Below are positions 7,622-14,718 of a stretch of 16,600 bases of DNA, piece after piece; the stretch's first letter is position 1, and every line of letters starts with the position of its first letter. The position numbers and the translations under genes were made by a program. The DNA comes from Spirochaetota bacterium (GTDB taxonomy: Bacteria; Spirochaetota; UBA4802; JAGODF01), in the NCBI GenBank assembly GCA_026419015.1, contig JAOAAF010000033.1, forward strand, positions 1 through 16,600, in the 5' to 3' direction. Under the pieces are notes generated by a model. It worked only from the letters and a program-made list of their open reading frames with translations, had not been told where the DNA came from and ran no database searches.

Positions 7622-8905
7622 TTAATCGAGTTCCTTTTTAACTGGAAGGCTTTTCTGTTCGCTAATGATACGCGTTAAATCGACACCAGTTGCATTGCGT
7701 ATTTGTTCGAGAAATGTGATGACCGTTGAGGTTACATCGCTTACGTGATTTGGAATACCACCATTACCTAATACCACAAGCTTTTCAATTTTTAGATTTT
7801 CGGCAATTGTGCGCGACACGTTATCTACAATATTGGGAAGAATGTGTAGCATAAACAGTTCCTTGCTTGCGCCATCCTGCCATTCGCTGCGCATTTCCTT
7901 TACCGCATTCGCCATCGCAAGCCCCTGTTCTTTTAAATACGATGCTTTGCCGATTGCTTTCAATTCATCGGCTTTCCTTTCGGCCATTGCCGGTACCACT
8001 AAATCAGCGTTGTATTTCAGCGAGTGCACAGCTTCTCGAATTTCTTCGACCTTTTTCTGTTGCAGAAGCGATTCGATTTGCCGTGCATATTCGGCACGCG
8101 CTTCTTTTGCATTCATTTGTTCATGCAAACTCGCGCGAAGTTCCCGGAATGATGTTTCGTATCGTTCTATTTCTGCTTTTGCTTTAAATTCAGCATCTGC
8201 TGCCTTTTGCTTAGACATCGATTCCACAATTTGTGCTTCTGCTTCAGCTTCTGCTTCTTTAATGCGCGCATCGCGTTTTACGATTGCATTTCGCTGTTTC
8301 CCCACAGCTTCAAGATATCCCTGCGAATCGTAGATTTCTTCGATTTTTACTGAGTCGAGAGTAAAGCCTAACTTAATGAGTTCTTCATGTGCCAATTCGT
8401 AAACTTTTCTTTCAAATTCAAGCCGTTTGTAGTTGGCATCTTCTGGGGTAAACGTTGCAATGACACCGCGCAACACACCCTCGATAGTATTTTTGGCTAT
8501 TGTCTCTATTTCGAGTTGTGGTTTTCCAAGAAGCCTTTCAACGGCATTTTCCAGTCCCGCTCCTTCTCGCGAGGCAATTTTTACGTGTGCAATGGCGCGG
8601 ATGAAAAGCGGTATCATCCCATTTGAAAGGGCACCTTCTATCTCAAGGGTGATTGGGATTGTTGCAAGCGAAAGTCTAGAAACTCTTTCGACTATCGGCG
8701 TTCGAAGTCCTACACCACCTCGAATCACGCGGTACCCCACTACTTCCCCTGTTGGGAGCTTTCTTTTTTTTCCAGAAAAAATGAGGATCTCATTTGGTTC
8801 ACAAATCTTTAAATTCACTTTTAGATAAATGAGAATCGTTGCGAACACAAGAATGATGATTGTACCAACAAGTGGCCAGTCAATGGTCGATAAATTGATG
8901 TTCAT
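7622..8905 (-). CDS. Flotillin-like SPFH/band-7 domain protein
   Basis: 427 aa. N-terminal membrane anchor (WPLVGTIIILVFATILIYL), then PNEILIFSGKK (flotillin-like PNEALVxTG start of the SPFH domain). A long coiled-coil follows, rich in E/A/K with an EAEAEAEA repeat, typical of FloT/YqiK-type flotillins. RBS GGAGG lies 5 nt upstream. It is spaced 26 nt from the PII gene and 15 nt from glnA. Confidence 0.75.
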   Translation of the reverse strand: MNINLSTIDWPLVGTIIILVFATILIYLKVNLKICEPNEILIFSGKKRKLPTGEVVGYRVIRGGVGLRTPIVERVSRLSLATIPITLEIEGALSNGMIPLFIRAIAHVKIASREGAGLENAVERLLGKPQLEIETIAKNTIEGVLRGVIATFTPEDANYKRLEFERKVYELAHEELIKLGFTLDSVKIEEIYDSQGYLEAVGKQRNAIVKRDARIKEAEAEAEAQIVESMSKQKAADAEFKAKAEIERYETSFRELRASLHEQMNAKEARAEYARQIESLLQQKKVEEIREAVHSLKYNADLVVPAMAERKADELKAIGKASYLKEQGLAMANAVKEMRSEWQDGASKELFMLHILPNIVDNVSRTIAENLKIEKLVVLGNGGIPNHVSDVTSTVITFLEQIRNATGVDLTRIISEQKSLPVKKELD

Positions 8906-8931
8906 AGCTACCTCCTATCAAAATACAAAAA

Positions 8932-9273
8932 TTATCCTATGGCACGCGAACCGCGTTCACCAGTTCGAATGCGAATGCATTCTTCAATTGGAATAATAAA
9001 AATTTTGCCATCGCCAATATTTCCCGTTTTTGCGCCACGCATGATCGCCTTAATGGTTGGTTCAACGTAGTCATCGTTTACGGCTATTTGCAGCTCGACT
9101 TTTTTAAGAAGCTTAATTTCGTGTTTTACACCGCGATATGACTCAGGGTATCCTTTTTGCCTTCCCGAACCAATAGCGTTAACAACGGTCATTAAATTTA
9201 CGCTTGCATCGTTTAATTCCTTTTTTACATCGCCAAGTTTTTCTGGTCTAATAATTGCGATTATCAATTTCAT
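8932..9273 (-). CDS. glnB: Nitrogen regulatory protein P-II (GlnB/GlnK family)
   Basis: 113 aa. [20 protein letters not shown]...[19 protein letters not shown]...[20 protein letters not shown] aligns along its whole length with E. coli GlnB (MKKIDAIIKPFKLDDVREAL...GFGRQKGHTELYRGAEY...GDGKIFVFDVARVIRIRTGE). The T-loop keeps a Tyr at the uridylylation position. RBS GGAGG lies 5 nt upstream. Confidence 0.9.
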   Translation of the reverse strand: MKLIIAIIRPEKLGDVKKELNDASVNLMTVVNAIGSGRQKGYPESYRGVKHEIKLLKKVELQIAVNDDYVEPTIKAIMRGAKTGNIGDGKIFIIPIEECIRIRTGERGSRAIG

Positions 9274-9386
9274 GCTACCTCCTCTGATAGTACTAAAAAT
9301 TATCGTTGCACTTAATTCTTATAAAAAACTTCATTTTATTAAAATACTTTAACATTTAAATATTATAAATAATCACAATCACTTTA

Positions 9387-9415
9387 AAAATAGCGTGGAT
9401 TTGTCACAAGGTCAA
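9387..9415 (-). promoter_or_regulatory. Candidate sigma70-type promoter for the glnB-flot-glnA-amt operon
   Basis: On the - strand: TTGACC (9415-9410), a 17-nt spacer, then TATTTT (9392-9387), about 115 nt upstream of the PII ATG. No GG-N10-GC (sigma54 -24/-12) element lies anywhere between 9274 and 9590 on this strand. Confidence 0.3.
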
Positions 9416-9472
9416 TATTAAAACAAAAATATTGAAGTGATATAAGGAAATTTTACAATTTTGAAATGAAGC

Positions 9473-9490
9473 TGTAACAAATTTGTAACA
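9473..9490. promoter_or_regulatory. Direct repeat TGTAACA-N4-TGTAACA (11-bp phase) upstream of the nitrogen operon; candidate regulator binding site
   Basis: TGTAACAAATTTGTAACA at 9473-9490. Repeats are at 9473 and 9484, about 60 bp upstream of the putative -35 box. It reads as TGTNA-N8-TNACA, one base off the TnrA/GlnR-type TGTNA-N7-TNACA box. Confidence 0.25.
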
Positions 9491-9589
9491 TTGAAAAAAG
9501 ATTTAATTATCTTTGATGCGAAAGAGGAGTTTGTTTAGAATTGTTTCTTTTATGTAAAATTTTAATGTTATTTAAAAATGTTATATAAT

Positions 9590-9621
9590 AAAATAGCCGC
9601 AGAAATTTTTACGGCTATTTT
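9590..9621 (-). terminator. Rho-independent terminator for the enoyl-CoA hydratase gene; a hairpin with U-rich sequence on both sides
   Basis: Perfect 10-bp inverted repeat AAAATAGCCG / CGGCTATTTT with a 12-nt loop, flanked by A/T runs, about 28 nt downstream of the stop at 9649. Confidence 0.55.
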
Positions 9622-9648
9622 ATTATTTTGCAATTTACAGAAATTTTT

Positions 9649-10443
9649 TTATTTATCAGAAAATTTTGGTTCTCGCTTATTTAAAAAAGCATCTATGCCT
9701 TCTTCTTTGTCAGCGGTTTCGCATAGTGATCCAAAAATTTCCCTTTCATGCCGCTGTCCGTCATAGTAGTCCATGAGCAATCCATCTCGAATTGCTTTCA
9801 TTGCTCCTCTAATTGCCATGCGGCTTTTTTTTGCAATATCAGTGGCAAGTTTTTTTGCCTCCTCTACCACTGTGCCAGCAGATACCGCGCGATTCACTAA
9901 CCCATAGAGTTCCGCTTGTTTGCCGGTTAAAAAATTACCGGTTAAAATGAGTTCATACGCACGGCCTCTTCCAATGAGGCGAGGGGTTCGTTGGGTACCG
10001 CCGAATCCTGGGATAATACCCAATTTTATTTCAGGAAGACCCATCTGTGCATTTTCATCGATAAGGCGAATGTGACAGGCCAGAGCAAGTTCAGCGCCAC
10101 CGCCAAGGCAAAAGCCGTTAATCGCAGCAATGAATGGTTTATCCGCTTTTTCGATGAGATTTAGCACCTCTTGGCCATTTGCGAGAAAATTTATACCTTC
10201 TTGTGCAGTTTTTAAATTTTTTATTTCTTTTATGTCGGCACCAGCGATGAATGCTTTCCCTACCCCAGTGAAAACGACTACTCGAACATTATCGTCAGAA
10301 AGTGCTTTCAACACCGTGTCGCGTATATCATCGAGAATCTGAGTGCTTAGGGCATTCATTGGTGGATTGTTGATTTCCATGAGCGCAATTCCTTTTTCAT
10401 CAACAGAATAGTAGCATTTTTTGTCTTGATTAACAACAGTCAT
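9649..10443 (-). CDS. Enoyl-CoA hydratase/isomerase (crotonase superfamily)
   Basis: MTVVNQDKKCYYSVDEKGIALMEINNPPMNALS...VVVFTGVGKAFIAGADIKE...GFCLGGGAELALACH are the oxyanion-hole signatures of the crotonase fold. The start is placed at the internal ATG (10443-10441), which has GGAGG 7 nt upstream. The longest ORF (to 10506) adds 21 residues with no RBS. Confidence 0.85.
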   Translation of the reverse strand: MTVVNQDKKCYYSVDEKGIALMEINNPPMNALSTQILDDIRDTVLKALSDDNVRVVVFTGVGKAFIAGADIKEIKNLKTAQEGINFLANGQEVLNLIEKADKPFIAAINGFCLGGGAELALACHIRLIDENAQMGLPEIKLGIIPGFGGTQRTPRLIGRGRAYELILTGNFLTGKQAELYGLVNRAVSAGTVVEEAKKLATDIAKKSRMAIRGAMKAIRDGLLMDYYDGQRHEREIFGSLCETADKEEGIDAFLNKREPKFSDK

Positions 10444-10571
10444 TATTTGCCTCCATATATAAAATTTCAAAGAATTTAACGAATACATTTTAGCGCATTT
10501 GTGCAACGCGGTGTCAAATATTTTATTGACATATGTAATTTGCCGATAATCATTTGAACAGGAAAATATGC

Positions 10572-10994
10572 ATGGGGATAAAGAAATTACAACATTTAGT
10601 GATTTGTATACAAGCGATTGTAATTGCCAACACTTCGCATCGCGGTGTCTATTCGCAAGAGTTGTTGCTTCGAGATTTATTGCTCGAGAGCGATAAATTT
10701 GTTGGCAAACAAATTACGATGCGATTAAAGTTAAAGCATGTCGATTGGACTTTTGGTAAAGTGTACTTTTACGACAAAAAAAATTTTGATGTTGCTTTCG
10801 ATATTTCACTGCAATTAGAAATGGAAGAATACCGAAATGAAATACGTTCGTTGCGCGAAGGGATGGATTTTGAAGTGACATTTTTGTTTCAGGGAATTGG
10901 CAACGTTGGAATGATTAATGGAGAGCTTATTAAGTTCGTTCCCACAATTTTGCAAAGATTGCCAGAAGGCGAAAGTAGGCAAACTATAAAGTGA
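10572..10994 (+). CDS. Hypothetical protein with a predicted N-terminal signal peptide
   Basis: 140 aa from the ATG at 10572, which has AGGAAA 8 nt upstream. The track's TTG start at 10554 adds 6 residues. KK is followed by the hydrophobic stretch LQHLVICIQAIVIA and then NTSHRG, which looks like a signal peptide or membrane anchor. No family recognised. Transcribed divergently from the hydratase gene. Confidence 0.45.
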   Translation: MGIKKLQHLVICIQAIVIANTSHRGVYSQELLLRDLLLESDKFVGKQITMRLKLKHVDWTFGKVYFYDKKNFDVAFDISLQLEMEEYRNEIRSLREGMDFEVTFLFQGIGNVGMINGELIKFVPTILQRLPEGESRQTIK

Positions 10995-11160
10995 AGAGCA
11001 GAATAGCTGGGCGGCTATCCTGCCCTCCAAAATCTGGTTGAGTAAACACAGTGCACAAGAACAAAGCGGTACAACGTTAGGGAGGGAATTACCACATTGT
11101 TCCCGGCATTTCCTTTATCGGTATAAAAAGTAAAATTCTTGAGCATTTTTTATTAAGAAA

Positions 11161-12087
11161 ATGACGGGTATTGTTCTAAAAGGATATGGATTATATTATG
11201 ATGTTGTGGTAAACGGCAATCGCTTGCGTTGCACGTTAAAGGGGAAGCTTCGCACTCGTCGTGACTTACAAAAATTCTCCAACCCCGTTGCTGTTGGGGA
11301 TGTAGTTAAAGTAGAAATCGGTCCTAATGGCAATGGCGTAATCGTCGATCTTGAGAAAAGGAAAAATACATTTTCACGGAAAGAGAAAGGGAAAAATAGC
11401 CGTGAAGATATAATTGCGGCCAACATCGATTTAGTAATCATCATTCAATCTTTTTATAAACCGCGCCTTAATCTCCGCTTTGTCGATAGGCTCATGGTAC
11501 GTGCGAAAATGGATGCGATTCCCGTGTTGTTGTGTTTTAATAAAATTGATCTCGCCAACAAAGCGGATGAACGGTATGTGCGCGATTATTATGCGCATTC
11601 CCAAGCTGATATCGTTTGTACAAGCGCGGTAACTGGTCAGGGACTTGATGTATTCAAAGCATTTGTGTGCAACAAGATTGCACTTTTAGTAGGCTATTCT
11701 GGTTCGGGAAAAACGAGTATTCTCAATGCTCTTTTTCCTGAAATTAAACTACGCGTATCTGAAATATCCGAAAAAACCGGAAAGGGCAAACATACCACGA
11801 CTAATGTGGAGATGATCGAACCGCAGGTGGGGTATCGGTTAATCGATACCCCCGGTGTTCGTGAATTTGGGATTCTCGATTTGCATCCGAATGAGCTGGA
11901 AGCATTTTTCCCCGATTTTTCCGATGCGCGAAAGAAGTGCACATTTAAACCTTGTACGCACGAACATGAACCAAATTGCCATGTGCAAAAAATGGTTGAG
12001 AAGGGAGCAATTCATCCCGACCGTTATTTATCGTATTTGTATTTGCTTTCATCGTTAAAAGAATATTATTCGAGGATGTATACGTGA
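11161..12087 (+). CDS. rsgA: Ribosome small-subunit-dependent GTPase A (RsgA/YjeQ)
   Basis: 308 aa. N-terminal OB-fold region, then circularly permuted GTPase motifs in the order G4 (FNKIDL), G1 (GYSGSGKTS), G3 (DTPG), and a C-terminal zinc knuckle (KKCTFKPCTHEHEPNCHV). This arrangement is diagnostic of RsgA. Confidence 0.9.
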   Translation: MTGIVLKGYGLYYDVVVNGNRLRCTLKGKLRTRRDLQKFSNPVAVGDVVKVEIGPNGNGVIVDLEKRKNTFSRKEKGKNSREDIIAANIDLVIIIQSFYKPRLNLRFVDRLMVRAKMDAIPVLLCFNKIDLANKADERYVRDYYAHSQADIVCTSAVTGQGLDVFKAFVCNKIALLVGYSGSGKTSILNALFPEIKLRVSEISEKTGKGKHTTTNVEMIEPQVGYRLIDTPGVREFGILDLHPNELEAFFPDFSDARKKCTFKPCTHEHEPNCHVQKMVEKGAIHPDRYLSYLYLLSSLKEYYSRMYT

Positions 12088-12821
12088 TTGACGTTCGGAA
12101 TCTTGTTGTGGATTTCGGAAGCGGCCCGATCTTGGACGGAATAGAGTTTTCTGTCAAGGAAGGCGAAACAGCCGTGGTAATGGGGAAAAATGGTTGCGGG
12201 AAATCGGTGCTTTTGAAAACCATCATCGGGCTGATTCAACCTACAAGCGGTGATGTGCTGATATCAGGTATTTCAGTTGGAAAGGTAATAAAACATGAAA
12301 GGCCACCTGTTGAAGTAGGATATGTGTTTCAAAAGGGAGGGCTTTTCGATTCGATGACAGTGTTCGATAATGTAGCGTTCCCATTAAGGAGAAAACGTAT
12401 TCCCGAATCGGATATTGAAAAGCGCGTTCGGGAGGTACTCGCAATGGTTGGCCTTGAGGGGAACGAATATAAATTCCCGTCTGAATTGTCAGGGGGGATG
12501 CAAAAGCGCGTGGGACTTGCGCGAGCGATTTGTAAAAATCCACAAGTCGTTTTGTATGATGACCCAACGGCGGGACTTGATCCAATACTTACCGATTCAA
12601 TTTGCGAGCTGATGATATCGCTGCGCGAGAGCTACCGCATTACGTCGGTGGTTGTAACGCACGATTTGAAAGTTGCAGAAAAGATTGCAAATAATATTTT
12701 TTTAATCTATCGTGGAAAATTAGTATTTTCCGATTCTGCGGATGCGTTTTTCTCATACACCTCCGAGTACGCGCGGCAGTTTTGTGAAGGCGAAATTGAG
12801 GGACCAATTGATATATATTGA
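12084..12821 (+). CDS. ABC transporter ATP-binding protein, MlaF/Ttg2A-like
   Basis: 245 aa. GTG start in a GTGA overlap with the rsgA stop. Walker A GKNGCGKS, ABC signature LSGGMQKRVGLARA, Walker B VVLYDDPTAGLD. No permease or substrate-binding gene lies within the window. Confidence 0.85.
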   Translation: MIDVRNLVVDFGSGPILDGIEFSVKEGETAVVMGKNGCGKSVLLKTIIGLIQPTSGDVLISGISVGKVIKHERPPVEVGYVFQKGGLFDSMTVFDNVAFPLRRKRIPESDIEKRVREVLAMVGLEGNEYKFPSELSGGMQKRVGLARAICKNPQVVLYDDPTAGLDPILTDSICELMISLRESYRITSVVVTHDLKVAEKIANNIFLIYRGKLVFSDSADAFFSYTSEYARQFCEGEIEGPIDIY

Positions 12822-12942
12822 ACGCAGAGAACACACCGAATTGCGAAATTGTCGGGTTGAAGAACGCCATCCCCATGAAATATTGTTGACAAAATGCAGG
12901 CATGATGATGTGATCTTTACTACTTTACTATATCTTCGCAAG

Positions 12943-12957
12943 AATTGTAACACAATT
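12943..12957. promoter_or_regulatory. Perfect 15-bp palindrome AATTGTAACACAATT upstream of ilvE; candidate operator
   Basis: Arms AATTGT and ACAATT around the centre AAC. It contains the same TGTAACA heptamer found twice upstream of the glnB operon. It lies 30 nt upstream of the ilvE ATG, between a TTGACA hexamer (12886-12891) and the RBS GGAG (12972-12975). Confidence 0.25.
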
Positions 12958-12987
12958 TTTTAGCCGATACTGGAGTGATGTGTATTA

Positions 12988-14025
12988 ATGAATAAAGCAA
13001 AAGTGCAAAAGGCGAATATCGATTGGAAGAATCTTCCATTTGGATATGTAAAGACGGATTACAATATCCGGTATTACTACAAAAATGGGCAATGGTCTGC
13101 AGGTGAACTCTCCTCTGATGAAATCATTCCCCTCCATATGGCTGCTCCCTGCCTCCACTATGGGCAGGAGGCGTTTGAAGGGTTGAAAGCGTTTGAGACT
13201 GTTGATGGAAGAATTGTCGCTTTTCGTCCCGATGAGAATGCAAAACGACTGGAAAGAAGTTGCGAACGAATATTTATACCAAAAATATCGGAGAATATGT
13301 TCCTCGATGCAATCAAACGCGTAGTTGCTGCCAATGCGCGTTTTGTTCCTCCTTTTGGCACAGGTGCTTCCCTTTATATTCGTCCACTTGTAATTGGTAC
13401 GGGTGCAAAGGTTGGACTTGGACCTGCGGAGGAATATTTGTTCATCGTATTTGTCACGCCAGTTGGACCGTACTATAAAGGGGGGTTTAAGCCGGTACGC
13501 GCATTAGTCATCGAAGAATTCGATCGCGCTGCTCCCCAGGGTGTTGGCGATTGCAAAGTGGGTGGAAATTATGCGGCTGGCCTTCGAGGAAGCGAATACG
13601 GCCACAAGAGGAATTTTCCAATAGTGTTATATCTCGATCCCAAAGAGAAACGTTATATCGATGAATTTAGTACGTCGAATTTTGTTGCAATAAAAGGCTC
13701 CACATATATTTCGCCTGATTCTCCTACAATTTTGCAGAGCATTACGAACAAAAGCCTGGGAGTAATTGCTGAAGAATTAGGAATGAATGTGGAGCGCCGA
13801 CAAGTCGATATTGCAGAATTGGAATTGTTCGATGAGGTAGGTGCGGTGGGAACAGCTGCGGTCATCACACCGGTTTATTCAATAACTTATCGAGAAAAAG
13901 AATATATATTTGGGACTCCGGATGCTGCTGGTCCAGTGATTACGAAATTATACGATCGATTAACAAAAATTCAAACGGGAGAAGTTGAAGATACGCACGG
14001 GTGGTTGTTTGAAATAGAAGTGTAG
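12988..14025 (+). CDS. ilvE: Branched-chain amino acid aminotransferase (PLP fold type IV, long form)
   Basis: 345 aa. NLPFGYVKTDYNIRYYYKNGQW..., YGQEAFEGLKAF, ASLYIRPLVIGTG and VGTAAVITPV match the long-form IlvE proteins of about 340-365 aa (Bacillus YbgE/YwaA, mycobacterial IlvE). Confidence 0.85.
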   Translation: MNKAKVQKANIDWKNLPFGYVKTDYNIRYYYKNGQWSAGELSSDEIIPLHMAAPCLHYGQEAFEGLKAFETVDGRIVAFRPDENAKRLERSCERIFIPKISENMFLDAIKRVVAANARFVPPFGTGASLYIRPLVIGTGAKVGLGPAEEYLFIVFVTPVGPYYKGGFKPVRALVIEEFDRAAPQGVGDCKVGGNYAAGLRGSEYGHKRNFPIVLYLDPKEKRYIDEFSTSNFVAIKGSTYISPDSPTILQSITNKSLGVIAEELGMNVERRQVDIAELELFDEVGAVGTAAVITPVYSITYREKEYIFGTPDAAGPVITKLYDRLTKIQTGEVEDTHGWLFEIEV

Positions 14026-14058
14026 CGATCAAAGGCAATTAAAACATGATCGGTTTTG
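14026..14058 (+). terminator. Weak candidate terminator after ilvE
   Basis: CGATCA (14026-14031) / TGATCG (14047-14052) with a 15-nt loop, followed by GTTTTG. The large loop and short stem make it marginal. Confidence 0.2.
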
Positions 14059-14667
14059 CCAAACTTGTGCTTTAAGAAAAATCATAAATTATAATTCTTT
14101 TTTCATTGATTGAGATTATTAACGGTGTGGTGATGGATTTCACGATTGCTTCTCTCTATTTTTCAGCAGGGAAAAATTATAAAAAGGATTTTACAAACGA
14201 AAATTTCCGCAGCAATATTTTTGATCTAATATAATGATCGCTTAAATCCCCCTCTTGAAAAACTCCAAAGTGATATTGGGATTTGGCCAATATTATATCG
14301 TTATGTTCACAATAAACATCTTAACGTGGTAATTTGGATGTTGTTGCATTCATGATGCGGTTATCAGGATATTTCACGTCCTTGCGTGCGGAAATTCCAG
14401 ATGTACTAAAGCTCAGATTTCCAAATACTATTTGTAATCATAATCCATATATGAAGGGCAAAAGTTCTTCGATAGAATGGTTGTGGCAAAAATGGAGAAC
14501 TTGCGAAAAATTAGAATTATTAAAGCTAAATAATTGCATGTTTTTGCAATTGAAGTTTTTTCCCAAGATTTTGTACAAACAAAATGAAAAAAAGTTGATG
14601 AAAGGATTAAGTGTATTTGATTTAATAATTCGCAAATGGTAGAAGTCAGATCGTAGAAGAATTTTTA

Positions 14668-14696
14668 TTGAAAATTACAATCTATGGCAATACAAT
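14668..14696 (+). promoter_or_regulatory. Sigma70-type promoter for lon
   Basis: TTGAAA (14668-14673), a 17-nt spacer, then TACAAT (14691-14696). The predicted transcription start is about 14703. RBS GGAAGG (14708-14713) lies 5 nt before the ATG at 14719. Confidence 0.5.
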
Positions 14697-14718
14697 TGGC
14701 TTATAAACGGAAGGTATT

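Noticed and set aside
7809-8333. 174-aa and 106-aa + strand ORFs antisense to the flotillin gene
   Set aside because: Ser/Ala/Cys-rich low-complexity translations are the expected mirror image of the E/A/K-rich coiled-coil coding strand. There is no RBS, and the real gene occupies the locus.
9274-9588. A sigma54 promoter or NtrC site upstream of the glnB operon
   Set aside because: The - strand here contains no GG dinucleotide positioned 10 nt before a GC (the + strand has no CC at all in 9301-9480), so a -24/-12 promoter is impossible. A sigma70-type TTGACC-17-TATTTT fits better.
10995-11160. tRNA, tmRNA, RNase P or SRP RNA in the intergenic gaps (also 9274-9650 and 14026-14718)
   Set aside because: No GTTCRANYC T-loop, no terminal CCA context, and no conserved RNase P (GGAAAGTCC) or 4.5S (GGAAGCAGCC) blocks were found by eye. 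A covariance-model scan would be needed for anything else.
12886-12914. A full sigma70 promoter for ilvE anchored on the TTGACA at 12886
   Set aside because: The -35 hexamer is perfect, but the best -10 candidate at 17-nt spacing is TGTGAT, which is poor. I list the palindrome as a feature and mention the hexamer, but do not call a promoter.
14264-14270. CTTGAAA as a sigma32 heat-shock -35 element for lon; a CIRCE element
   Set aside because: There is no CCCCATNT-like -10 box 13-15 nt downstream, and it lies 450 nt upstream of lon. No TTAGCACTC-N9-GAGTGCTAA (CIRCE) is present anywhere.
14334-14642. 102-aa ORF in the ilvE-lon gap
   Set aside because: Its K/L/F/N-rich composition mirrors the AT-rich DNA. 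It has no convincing RBS (GGTAATTTGG at best) and no recognisable fold. It is kept only as a possibility inside the finding on the gap.
14684-14698. Sigma54-like TGGCAA-N5-TTGGC immediately upstream of lon; also TGGCAC hexamers at 1816, 2163 and 13349
   Set aside because: The lon-proximal site has GG-N11-GC spacing, where GG-N10-GC is required, and it overlaps a good sigma70 -10 box. The other TGGCAC hexamers lack a TTGC element at -12 and are intragenic. No credible sigma54 promoter exists in the window.
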